NCBI RefSeq assembly: GCF_001194135.2
Contig: NC_068990.1
Location: 14,462,846 to 14,514,842 of the forward strand
Length of the DNA stretch: 51,997 nucleotides
Source of the DNA: Octopus bimaculoides
Lineage: Eukaryota
Reading direction: 5' to 3'
Shown: positions 13,842 through 25,698 of the stretch, piece after piece
Layout of the letters: the number at the start of each line of letters is the position of its first letter
How positions within the stretch are numbered: the stretch's first letter is position 1
The notes under the pieces: model-generated
Told to the model about the DNA's origin: nothing
Seen by the model: only the letters and a program-made list of their open reading frames with translations
The model's database searches: none
Program-made: the position numbers and the translations under genes

Positions 13842-14239
13842 TTGAGAGAGGTAGATAGTTACATACATACATACATAAACATATATATACATATACACTC
13901 ATATATACATATATATACACACATATATACATATATGAAAGTATGTGTATGTGTGTATATGTGTGTGTGTGCACATGCATGCAACTGTGCATGTATGTGT
14001 GTGTGTGTGTGTCTGCATGCACATATATCCCTAGATTTTCCCCCTTCCATAGGATCCATCCATTTTGAGCATTCACCATTATTGTATATTAACTGAATAT
14101 CCTCCACCATATACATCAGGTGTCCATACCAATGCAATGAGTTGTCCTTTGCGTGATTTCCCTTTTAACCAGCTGTATAAAAACCCCACAATATCAACAA
14201 ATTCCTTCCAACCCATGCAAGCATGGAATAGTCAACATT

Positions 14240-14644
14240 CTCTTTTACTCTTTTACTTGTTTCAGTCATTTGACTGTGGCCATGCTGGAGCACCGCCTTT
14301 AGTCGAGCAAATCGACCTTGGGACTTATTCTTTGTAAGCCTAGTACTTATTCTATCTGTCTCTTTTGCCGAACCGCTAAGTGACGGGGACATAAACACAC
14401 CAGCATCGGTTGTCAAGCAATGCTAATGGGGACAAATACAGACACACAAACAAACACACACACACATACATACATATATATGATGGGCTTCTTTCAGTTT
14501 CCGTCTACCAAATCCACTCACAAGGCTTTGGTCGGCCCGAGGCTATAGTAGAAGACACTTGCCCAAGGTGCCACGCAGTGGGACTGAACCTGGAACCATG
14601 TGGTTCGTAAGCAAGCTACTTACCACACAGCCACTCCTGCGCCT
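14240..14644 (-). mobile_element. Full-length tRNA-derived SINE (family B) with internal (TA/TG)n tract and (AAAGAGT)n tail
   Basis: Head ggcgcaggagtggctgtgtggtaag...ggttcagtcccactgcgtggcaccttgggcaagtgtctt with Pol III A-box and B-box-like motifs. Confidence 0.8.
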
Positions 14645-15099
14645 AGACAATAATAACGATGATGATATCTATATGAACAGTGACAAATGATTGCTAAAAG
14701 CTAGGAAAACTGCGAGACAGTCAGCTATTTCGATTCGATAAGGTCCAACTGATGGTCATTATAGATGTCTGAGAAACTAAAATGAAAAAAATTCAGAAAA
14801 CTTTGCCTATGAGCATTAAGATAATTTTGATGTGGTGACATAATTGTCTGTGAAGTTTTTTTTTTTTTCATTTATTTATTTATTTAATTTTTTTTTTTTT
14901 TTGTACAATTCAGATTGTTGGATAAATCATTATCTACAATAAGAAAGACAGTACATGTTATTCGATGCAAGAAATTTCCCGAAACAAAAAAATAACTAAA
15001 AAAAACAAAAATAACCGAAAATAAAAATAAATGAATGACTGTCTTCCCTTCTTTACGCAACAGCTTATTCGATGTATTTAAATATTGCGTGGCATTTCA

Positions 15100-15470
<371 letters not shown>

Positions 15471-16280
15471 AATTCCAGTGATTGCACAATACCGTCTGGT
15501 TGTATTAGAATCTATACTATCTTTGAACATTATAGGCTTCTTGTCGTCGTATTAAAACTAGTTGCTGTTATTGTCAGACAGGTGATAAACCAACATGGTT
15601 ATGTTCTTGACTATTCTACTCAACACATGAGTTCTCTTATATTTTTTATTTTTTTCCTTCCAATCTGGACATTTTTCCTAAAACTGGGAAGATCATTAAG
15701 TCAAAGATGAATAGGAGAACTTTTAAAAAAAAAACAAAAAAAACGAAGAATTTTTATTTACGTCACTTCGAGGAGAATGGAACAAACCAGAAACTTTACT
15801 AATGAATTAGATTGGTGACACTCTGATTAAAAGAAATCTTAAAAATAAAAGGATTAAAATGCCAGAAGCATTGATTATTAATTTTGGTTTATGAATAAAC
15901 ATTTTAATTATGAATAAAGTTTTCATAATTTTATTTTATATATTTCCTAATTAAATAAATAATTTCATTTGAGCAAAAATGCATTTTTAATTTTATTTCT
16001 TTTTTTTCATTTTCTTTCTGAATCAAGAATATAGTTTGTGTTATATTTATTGATGATCATGAGTACATACAACTGTCTTTATATACACCATATATATTCA
16101 CTAAACTCACAAATACACTAAGAAACATACATATATACATACATACATACATGTTGTTGTTGGCACTCCGTCGCTTACGANNNNNNNNNNNNNNNNNNNN
16201 NNNNNNNNNNNNNNNNNNNNNNNNNNNNNNNNNNNNNNNNNNNNNNNNNNNNNNNNNNNNNNNNNNNNNNNNNNNNNNNN

Positions 16281-16406
16281 CTGGGGTACTGGTCGTTGTA
16301 GGTACTGTAGTTTTAGGTGATGATTCTATCATAGTTACTTCTGATGTTGGTACTACATTAGTCGTAGTACCTGACCCAGCTTGTGTTGGTGTTCCACTGA
16401 AAGTTA
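16281..16406 (-). CDS. PTS exon, 3' end lost in gap: (V)TFSGTPTQAGSGTTTNVVPTSEVTMIESSPKTTVPTTTSTP...
   Basis: Acceptor attatgttctag|TA gives phase 1 in the T/S/P-rich frame; the exon runs into the N-gap 16181-16280. Confidence 0.75.
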
Positions 16407-18058
16407 CTAGAACATAATTTAAAGTTGGAATTAATAATGATATTTCAACAGTGTATATAACATTTACAATGCAAACTTTATGCATATATGAATGTATGTA
16501 TCTGTGCATGTATGTGATCAATGAGGCAATTATCTTTTTCACTGTTATTATTAGCACTATGAACTGCCATCATATATTTCTCTATAGTGAAAATTATATA
16601 CCAAGCAAAGAATAAAAAATCCTTCTATCTCCATGGGAGATGGGTCATGTTACCAGGTGCAGCATATACCGGCCATGATGAAATACCACAAGGTATAGAA
16701 AATATGAAATACCACAAGGTATAGAAAATACATATTCGCCTTTATATATTTATATATTTAATTCTTTATATTGAACACTCAATATTTCATCTATTCAATA
16801 AGACATATTCCATATTTTCAATAAGACATTCAATACTTTATTTCATAGTACCATCCATTTTTATTTTATATTATATATTGTATATTATATTATATATTGT
16901 ATATTCCATATTCTATATCCCACATTGGTTTTGCAGGANNNNNNNNNNNNNNNNNNNNNNNNNNNNNNNNNNNNNNNNNNNNNNNNNNNNNNNNNNNNNN
17001 NNNNNNNNNNNNNNNNNNNNNNNNNNNNNNNNNNNNNNNNNNNNNNNNNNNNNNNNNNNNNNNNNNNNNNNNNNNNNNNNNNNNNNNNNNNNNNNNNNNN
17101 NNNNNNNNNNNNNNNNNNNNNNNNNNNNNNNNNNNNNNNNNNNNNNNNNNNNNNNNNNNNNNNNNNNNNNNNNNNNNNNNNNNNNNNNNNNNNNNNNNNN
17201 NNNNNNNNNNNNNNNNNNNNNNNNNNNNNNNNNNNNNNNNNNNNNNNNNNNNNNNNNNNNNNNNNNNNNNNNNNNNNNNNNNNNNNNNNNNNNNNNNNNN
17301 NNNNNNNNNNNNNNNNNNNNNNNNNNNNNNNNNNNNNNNNNNNNNNNNNNNNNNNNNNNNNNNNNNNNNNNNNNNNNNNNNNNNNNNNNNNNNNNNNNNN
17401 NNNNNNNNNNNNNNNNNNNNNNNNNNNNNNNNNNNNNNNNNNNNNNNNNNNNNNNNNNNNNNNNNNNNNNNNNNNNNNNNNNNNNNNNNNNNNNNNNNNN
17501 NNNNNNNNNNNNNNNNNNNNNNNNNNNNNNNNNNNNNNNNNNNNNNNNNNNNNNNNNNNNNNNNNNNNNNNNNNNNNNNNNNNNNNNNNNNNNNNNNNNN
17601 NNNNNNNNNNNNNNNNNNNNNNNNNNNNNNNNNNNNNNNNNNNNNNNNNNNNNNNNNNNNNNNNNNNNNNNNNNNNNNNNNNNNNNNNNNNNNNNNNNNN
17701 NNNNNNNNNCATTGGACAAGAAGGGAAGAAAAGAAGGAAAGAAAAAAGAAAAAAAAGAAAGAAAATCAGAGTGTAAAGTTGGGAGATAATAAGATGGTAT
17801 AAATCCGATAAAAATTGGAGAGGAATGTTATGTAAGAAAAAAAAAGTGATAGTAAAGGGGGGTTAATCTTGTATTTCTGCAAAAATACTGAGATAAATGT
17901 ATACAATCATATATACTCATGTATACGCGCATATATACACACAAACATACTCACACACAAATATACATATACTCGAATAAATACACATATGCACACATAT
18001 ATACACATCCGTACAAACACACACACACATATACATATCTATATATATATATGCATAT

Positions 18059-18125
<67 letters not shown>

Positions 18126-18313
18126 CATACACACATACATATACATACATGCATACTTACACGCACAAGCACACATATATATATACATACACACACACAC
18201 ACACACACACACATATATGTATATATACAAACATAAACATATACATACATAAACATACATACATCTAACCCAGCATATTTACGCAGTTAACATATGCATT
18301 TTACTCCATTCAT

Positions 18314-18371
<58 letters not shown>

Positions 18372-18429
18372 CCAGTTAGGCAGCACTAGCAATGACCCAC
18401 GCAACCACCATTCATGCATGGGTAGTTGT

Positions 18430-18842
18430 CAGTCCCGCCTGACTAGCTCCCCTTGCTGGTGACACGTAAAAAGCACCATTTGGACCTGGTCAATGCCAGT
18501 CCCCTCACTCCAACTGGCTCCTGTGCTGGTGGCACATAAAAAGCACCATCTGAACATGGACAATGCCAATGCCACCTGACTGACTCCCATGCCAGTGGCA
18601 TGTAAAAAGCACCATCGGAAAGTGGTCAATGCCAGCCCCCTCACCCTTACTGGCTCTTGTGCCGGTGGCATGTAAAAAGCACCCACTACACTCTCGGAGT
18701 GGTTGGCATTAGGAACGGCATCTAGCTGTAGAAACATTGCCAGATCAGATTGGAACCTGGTGCAGCCTCCTGGCTTGCTAGACTCCTGTTAAACCGTCCA
18801 ACCCATGCCAGCATGGAAAACAGACATTAAACAACGATGATG

Positions 18843-18847
<5 letters not shown>
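18430..18847 (+). mobile_element. RTE-LINE 3' UTR copy with expanded internal subrepeats
   Basis: Four approx. 65-70 bp units beginning ggtggcac(a/g)taaaaagcacc, then the family tail. Confidence 0.75.
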
Positions 18848-18880
<33 letters not shown>

Positions 18881-18893
18881 CANNNNNNNNNNG

Positions 18894-18931
<38 letters not shown>

Positions 18932-18977
18932 CATATATATAAATATATAAATATATTCATATGTATAAATAATATAT

Positions 18978-19343
18978 CATCATCATCATCATTGTTTCAT
19001 GTCCGCTTTCCATGCTAGCATGGGTTGGACAATTTGACTGAGGACTGGCAAACCAGATGGTTGCACCAGGCTCCAATCTGATCTGGCAGAGTTTCTACAG
19101 CTGGATGTCCTTCCTAATGCCAACCACTCCGAGAGTGTAGTGGATGCTTTTACATGCCACCAGCATGAGGGCCGGTCTGGCGGTACTGACAACAGCCACA
19201 CTCAAATGGTGTTTTTTATGTGTCACCTGCACAGGAGCCAGTCCAGTGGCACTGGCAAAGACCTCCCTCGAATATTTTTCACATGCCACCGGCACAAGTG
19301 CCAGTAAGGCGACGCTGGTAACAATCGCACTTGAATGGTGTTA
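18978..19343 (-). mobile_element. RTE-LINE 3' UTR copy
   Basis: Family sequence, tail-to-tail with 18430-18847. Confidence 0.75.
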
Positions 19344-19609
19344 TTATTAAAGCTGCAAAAACATCACAAAAATATCAGAAGAAATTGCTACTCAGAGTTT
19401 CACATTCCCATTCGTGAGGTGGTTGTGATCAAGGCTCTTGATCAAGATTTTTTATCACAACTGCCCAATGAACGGAACATGAAACTCTGAGTAGCAATTT
19501 TTTGTGATATTTTTGTGATGTTTTTGCAACTTTAATAGTAAAGCATATTACTTTACCTCCAGTATTCGAGTACTATTTTTTCCCACCTTGTTTCACATTT
19601 AGGTACTTA

Positions 19610-19646
<37 letters not shown>

Positions 19647-20074
19647 ATCCATTATTTAAACATAATAATTTACTCATTATTCCAACATAAATTGAAACAC
19701 TCTTATTTGCAAAAATAGTCATAAATTCTGTATAATACTTCCAAACATTCATTTGTTTTATTATTTACCCTTAATCAAATATGGCAGCTCAATAAAAATA
19801 TGAACAAATTGTAGCAATGAAAGTGGCTTGTATAAAGCTTTGTGAGATGATAAAACAGCTGAGGAAAGATTAAGGACTGTACTGAATGCAATGTGCGGCC
19901 ATTTTATATTGTAAATATATATAAAACAGTGTCTGCCTGTAAACTTTCATTAACCAAAAACCTAAGACATTTATTTTATGATAAAAATGAATAATAGGTA
20001 AATATATATGCTGCACCTGGTACATTAAATTTCTGTAAGATATTTACTGAAGTATTTGAAATAATTGGATTTAC

Positions 20075-20107
20075 CTGTAGAGGTTAATATTGTTGAGTGA
20101 GTAATTT
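20075..20107 (-). CDS. Short Thr/Ser linker exon (E)ITHSTILTST
   Basis: Acceptor atttccatttcag|AA, donor ACAG|gtaaat; 33 nt, phase 1-1. Confidence 0.65.
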
Positions 20108-20229
20108 CTGAAATGGAAATTAGTAAGGTAAAATATGCCGAATATTTAGCAAACATTGAATTTATTGTTTATAATGGCTTATTAATGATTTATGAATTTC
20201 ACACATGATGCAATGAATGAGAAGATGAA

Positions 20230-21480
20230 GAATTATAACACAGAGGTTACACAAAGGATAACTGGTATTTCCCAGAGGATGACAAACCAGATCAGTGACT
20301 GGTGTAAGGTTCCAGCAAAACTAGATAACATGGTAGGAGAATAGTTCCACAGATAAGGCCGTAAGTATTAAAAGACAAGTCTGGAATGACTGGAAGAAAG
20401 GAAGCAGCAGAAAGTAACATCAAGTAGCAAGAAGAGAAGCTAAATCTCAGATGTATTTAACAAAGAGAGAAGACAAAAGTAAGAAGTCTGCTCCTGTTCT
20501 TAGGTGTGAAGATCAGAAGTTTGAGGTAATCTGAAATGTAAGACAATGTGAGAAAAACAATAGTGATGTCGTTAGTGGAGTAGTGTATGCAGAACTATAG
20601 TGGGGAACTTGCTCTTACTGATACTGTATAGAAAAAAACATGGCAATGCTATTAAGAGGGACTGTTGTATGAAGAAGCCCTCAGAACTTACTACTGATGT
20701 TCTTAAAATCCCTAGTAGAGTAGACAATGAGCTAGTCACCCACATAGTAAATCAAGTGTACAAGCAGGTGTCATATGCATGGACTGACATAGCAGCAGCA
20801 TTGTCAGTTGCTTCAAAGAAAGATGCAGAAGAGAGTGTAACCTGCATAAATATCAAACTGCTAAACAAGGCAATGAAAGTTACAGAAAAAAGTCACGTTA
20901 ATAGCTCAGTTGATTAGGAAACAAATTAACATTGATGAGATGCAATTCAGCTTTGTGCCACAAAAAAGTACTACTAATACCATCTTCCAAGTGAGAAAAC
21001 TGCAGAAGTATCTAACCAATTGTAAACTCTAAACCTCGCATTTGTTGACAGGGTTCCAAGCTCCATAATCTGATGATCATTAAGGAAGCTAGGGGTTAAT
21101 GAATGGCTTGTATATAAGTCATGAACAGAGATAGAGTAGCAAGGTAAGATTCAAACCCTTTTGTTCATCATATCTTTCCAAGCTTTAAAAGTCTACAGCT
21201 GGCTGTCCATAAGAATTTCTAATGGCCTGGTTCTCATGACTAAATTTGAAGTAGAATATGAGATGGAATCTAAAATATGGAAGTAAAAACCTAGGATTGA
21301 AGAACCTCAAAGTAAACTTAACAAAGACTAGGATAATTTGGGATTATGAAAGAAAACAGGACCCTGTTACTACCTGGGAAATGGCCATGCTTGATAAGCA
21401 GAAAAAAGGTAATAGGAATTCCATTACTTTTTCTGTACCTTTGTAAGCTTTGGATACACATAAGATCAAGGACATTAGGA
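20230..21480 (+). mobile_element. Degenerate RTE-clade LINE ORF2 (reverse transcriptase) fossil
   Basis: At 20934: DEMQFSFVPQKSTTNTIFQVRKLQ, then ..AFVD..RVP..SLRKLGVNEWLV, later LKVNLTKTR and GKWPC..CKLWIH. These match RTE RT motifs; many stops and frameshifts. Confidence 0.75.
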
Positions 21481-21767
21481 AGCACACAAGCCTATCAGGT
21501 CTTTTGTAGTATAGTTACATTTGATTCTATATTGAATACTAATTATAATTTTCTGCATAATTAACAGCTAAAGGTAATCTACAAGAGAAATATTTACACC
21601 ATCTTCTCAAAAAATGTTTTTGAAGATTTTATCTATTTATGTCATTATTATTTAATAGAACTGAATCATAAATAGTATTAAATACTTTGAAAATAAATGT
21701 GGATATTTAGAGGAAATGATTACAACCATTACAAGGTTTTTATTATGTATTAAGACTGTATTTGTAC

Positions 21768-21785
21768 CTGAATTCTTCCAAAAAT
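21768..21785 (-). CDS. Candidate 18-nt microexon (D)FWKNS
   Basis: Minus strand reads cttttcattttttttgttccattatag|ATTTTTGGAAGAATTCAG|gtacaa; open and phase 1-1, but the donor is only moderate. Confidence 0.45.
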
Positions 21786-22070
21786 CTATAATGGAACAAA
21801 AAAAAATGAAAAGTAAATGATGATGATCTAGAATACACATCTGTGCAAACGTATGACTGAGTGTATAACTTGTGAACTTCTCCAATAAATTATACAGCAA
21901 TGATATTCTAGATCAGGTTGTATCAGAACTTTGCTACACTACAGGTGAAATAAGCATTGGAGATGTTGTGTCCCATGCAGAAACTACAGCAGCTCATTAG
22001 AGGTATTGTGAGCTCTTTTTCTGAATCTATCTCAGTCTTGGAAACCTTTTGCCTGCATACATAATGCATC

Positions 22071-22147
22071 ATTATCATCACTTAACATCACTTATCATCA
22101 CTTAACATCACTTATCATCACTTAACATCACTTATCATCACTTAACA
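22071..22147 (+). repeat. 20-bp tandem repeat atcatcacttaacatcactt, about x4
   Basis: Direct reading; it sits at the (CAT)n tail of a degenerate RTE copy. Confidence 0.75.
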
Positions 22148-22398
22148 TCTGTTTTCCATGCTGGCGCAGGTTAGATTGTTTGACAGGAGCTGGCAAAGCT
22201 GGAGGGCTGCACCAGGCTCCAGTCATCTGTTTCAGCATGGTTTCTACAGCTGGATGCCCTTCCTAATGCTAACCACTTTACAGAGTGTGTTGGGTCCTTT
22301 TTATGTGGTGCCAGCATGGGTGTGGGTGCTTTTCAGGTGGCACAGATGCTTTTCACATGATGCTGCATCCAACTGTAAAAATTCTACTACAATTTACT

Positions 22399-22826
22399 AC
22401 TCTTTTACTCTTTCTTTTACTTGTTTCAGTCATTTGACTGCGGCCATGCTGGAGCACCGCCTTTAGTCGAGCAAATCGACCCCATGACTTATTCTTTGGA
22501 AGCCTAGTACTTATTCTATCGATCTCTTTTGCCGAACTGCTAAGTTACAGGGACATAAAGACACCACAGCATCGGTTGTCAAGCGATGTTGGAGGGGGGG
22601 GGACAAACACAGACGCACAAACATACACATACATACACATATATATATATATACATATATACGATGGGCTTCTTTCAGTTTCTGCCTACCAAATCCACTC
22701 ACAAGGCTTTGGTCGGCCCGAAGCTATAGTAGAAGACACTTGCCCAAGGTGCCATGCAGTGGGACTGAACCCGGAACCATGTGGTTGGTAAGCAAGCTAC
22801 TTACCACACAGCCACTCCTGCGCCTA
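22399..22826 (-). mobile_element. Full-length tRNA-derived SINE (family B)
   Basis: Near-identical to 14240-14644. Partial or older copies at about 2780-3195(+), 7620-7850(+), 11365-11575(+), 29238-29395(-), 32270-32400(-), 33385-33505(-), 47152-47455(+), 48050-48180(-). Confidence 0.8.
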
Positions 22827-22953
22827 TGTACTGTTAATGTTTTCAAAATGTATCTCAATTATGATAACATGATAAGATATAACAAGCATGAAAAATATTA
22901 GCCTTCTTTATATTTTCTTTCAGAGAAATAAATAGAAAGAAAAACACAATTAC

Positions 22954-23367
22954 CTGGGAAGCAAGCCTTAATAGAGAGCCAGACTTGATAAATTGTAACC
23001 ATTGGCTCTGGAGACTCAAGAACAATCTTTAACTTTTGAGCTTTTATTTCATTCTTTAGTAGAAGACTTTCTGTGATATCTGTAGCTAAGAGTTTGTATG
23101 TCTGTGTTGTTTCATCCCATGTACTGACAGAGAAAGTTTGAACATTTCCTCTCAAAATCACTTCGACTAGTGTCACGCCAGCTGAGCTATTTGTAAGAGT
23201 TACAAGGAGAGTTGGTTTCTCTTCACTGATTGGAACTGGAACCAACCATCCTGGTCGACCAGGCCGAACATTGGTGATTTTGTGTCCTTCGAAAACTGGA
23301 AATCCAGTAATGGCACTGTCAGGGATAAGTACAGGCTGCTCCATTCCATCAGTAACAACACATGGCA
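22954..23367 (-). CDS. Exon: divergent discoidin/F5-8 type C-like domain 2 (PCVVTDGMEQPVLIPDSAIT...WLSIKACFP)
   Basis: Acceptor ctattatttacag|TG, donor CCAG|gtaatt; 414 nt, phase 1-1. Shares IPD..IT, RP..GW.VPVP, LTN..GV.L.E, GNV, LES and SI..CF.P with domain 1. Confidence 0.9.
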
Positions 23368-23672
23368 CTGTAAATAATAGAAGCGTACATGAAATAATAT
23401 TACATGGTTTCAAATTTTGGCACAAGGCCAGCAATTTTGGGAGAAGGAGTTGAGTCGATTACATCGACTCCCAGTGTTCAACTAGTACTTATTTTATCAA
23501 CCTCAAAAGGATAAAAGGTAAAGTCGACATCGGCAGAATTTGAACTCAGAACATAAAGATGGACGAAATGCCGCTAAGCACTTTGCCCGACATGCTAACG
23601 ATTCTGCTCACTCACCACCTTACTTGCAATATTACATCAAAAACAGTTTAATTCTCTGTATCATTATTATCA

Positions 23673-23727
<55 letters not shown>

Positions 23728-24147
23728 AAGGCTGAAAGGAATGAGGACTGAAAAATTCCACTTTGGTAAAACCCTCATTGACATTTTCAAGTTTCACTTG
23801 AAAACGAAAGTGNNNNNNNNNNNNNNNNNNNNNNNNNNNNNNNNNNNNNNNNNNNNNNNNNNNNNNNNNNNNNNNNNNNNNNNNNNNNNNNNNNNNNNNN
23901 NNNNNNNNNNNNNNNNNNNNNNNNNNNNNNNNNNNNNNNNNNNNNNNNNNNNNNNNNNNNNNNNNNNNNNNNNNNNNNNNNNNNNNNNNNNNNNNNNNNN
24001 NNNATCGGCAGAATTTGAACTCAGAACATAAAGATGGACGAAATGCCGCTAAGCACTTTGCCCGACATGCTAACGATTCTGCTCACTCACCATCTTACTT
24101 GCAATATTACATCAAAAACAGTTTAATTCTCTGTATCATTATTATCA

Positions 24148-24202
<55 letters not shown>

Positions 24203-24587
24203 AAGGCTGAAAGGAATGAGGACTGAAAAATTCCACTTTGGTAAAACCCTCATTGACATTTTCAAGTTTCACTTGAAAACGAAAGTGAGGGTGGAGAGGG
24301 AGGTGCTGTCTTCGAGTGAATTTATGAAAGGGTGAGTGAAAGTTGCAAAAATGGCAAGAGTGGATGATACCACTCTCAGTGTAGACATGTGAGTCAGAAG
24401 AAAGGAGTTGGAGAGGGTACTCGTCCTCGGTATTCAGGATGATCTTGGATGGTGGGGTTCTTCAATTATCCCTAAAGGTCCTCCTGTATCAGGGGGACCC
24501 CATCACTATGCCTTTTTTTTCTCTCTCTAGTGTTGTATATTATGTATACATGAAATTAAAGGATACAGACATACATACATACATACA

Positions 24588-24619
<32 letters not shown>

Positions 24620-24853
24620 AGCAGAAAAGACAGATAAACAATAAATGGTAGGAATGTATTCACATGGAAAGTAGTTAGATGGTGCAATTAGGTGTTATCT
24701 TTACAGCTGTTTCAGATAATGGATGACTGCTGCTTGCATAACACATTCTGAGTGTGTGTGCGCACGCGCGCGTGTGTATATGTGTGTGTGTGTGTGTATG
24801 TGCATACAGGCATGCACAAACACACGTAGAACTCATTTTAAACTCTAAAATCT

Positions 24854-25246
24854 CATCATCATCATCATCATCATCGTTTAACGTCCGCTTTCCATGCTAG
24901 CATGGGTTGGACGATTTGACTGAGGACTGGTGAAACCGGATGGCAACACCAGGCTCCAATCTAATTTGGCAGAGTTTCTACAGCTGGATGCCCTTCCTAA
25001 CGCCAACCACTCAGAGAGTGTAGTGGGTGCTTTTACGTGTCACCCGCATGAAAACGGCCACGCTCGAAATGGTGTCTTTTATGTGCCACCCGCACAAGAG
25101 CCAGTCCAGTGGCCCTGGCAACGATCTCACTTGGCTTGCCGGGTCTTCTCACACACAGCACATTTCCAAAGGTCTCGGTCAGTAGTCATCGCCTCGGTGA
25201 GGCCCAATGTTCGAAGGTCTTGCCTCACCACCTCAGCCCAGGTCTT
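24854..25246 (-). mobile_element. 5'-truncated RTE-type LINE: last 39 codons of ORF2 plus 3' UTR and (GAT)n tail
   Basis: Minus strand 25246-25127 translates KTWAEVVRQDLRTLGLTEAMTTDRDLWKCAVCEKTRQAK*, the typical RTE ORF2 C-terminus (KTW..V..DL..LGL...DR..W). It is followed by the repeat body shared with many other copies in the window. Confidence 0.8.
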
Positions 25247-25374
25247 AACATTAATAAATGTTTCCACTTAAAAACAAACTGAAATTTAGCAAATTAAAAA
25301 TTACAATTTTTGTAATCTTTTATGAAGTATAAAAAGTATATATTTGGATTCAAATTAAATATAACATGCCATAC

Positions 25375-25452
25375 CTTGAGTTGTAATTACTGGAGGTGTT
25401 GTTGTTGTTGGTACCAAAGTGGATGTTGAGGTAGAAGATAAGGTGGTAAAAG
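25375..25452 (-). CDS. PTS linker exon (P)FTTLSSTSTSTLVPTTTTPPVITTQ
   Basis: Acceptor tttgtctattctag|CT, donor CAAG|gtatgg; 78 nt, phase 1-1. Confidence 0.8.
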
Positions 25453-25645
25453 CTAGAATAGACAAATATACCATTAATACATACATGTATACATTTTATA
25501 TATATACTCACAGAATGATACAGAAACAGTCATGTGTATATGCATATAAATTGGATGTATGGATGGATTCAAATAATGTAGAAAATTTCTATTTTATCCA
25601 TTTTTCTCTTGCTTTTAGCCATTCTGTGTATGTGTATGCATGTGC

Positions 25646-25698
<53 letters not shown>

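Noticed and set aside
15490-15590. Thr-rich minus-strand stretch ([15 protein letters not shown])
   Set aside because: In-frame stop and no convincing splice sites; at most a decayed pseudo-exon.
23529-24287. 284-bp direct duplication on both sides of gap 23813-24003 (two MNSEHKDG... ORFs)
   Set aside because: The copies are identical except for one SNP and flank a gap, which points to an unmerged contig overlap or haplotype artefact. The sequence is a SINE end plus (ATT)n, not coding. Similar small overlaps occur at 18841-18932 and 41448-41540.
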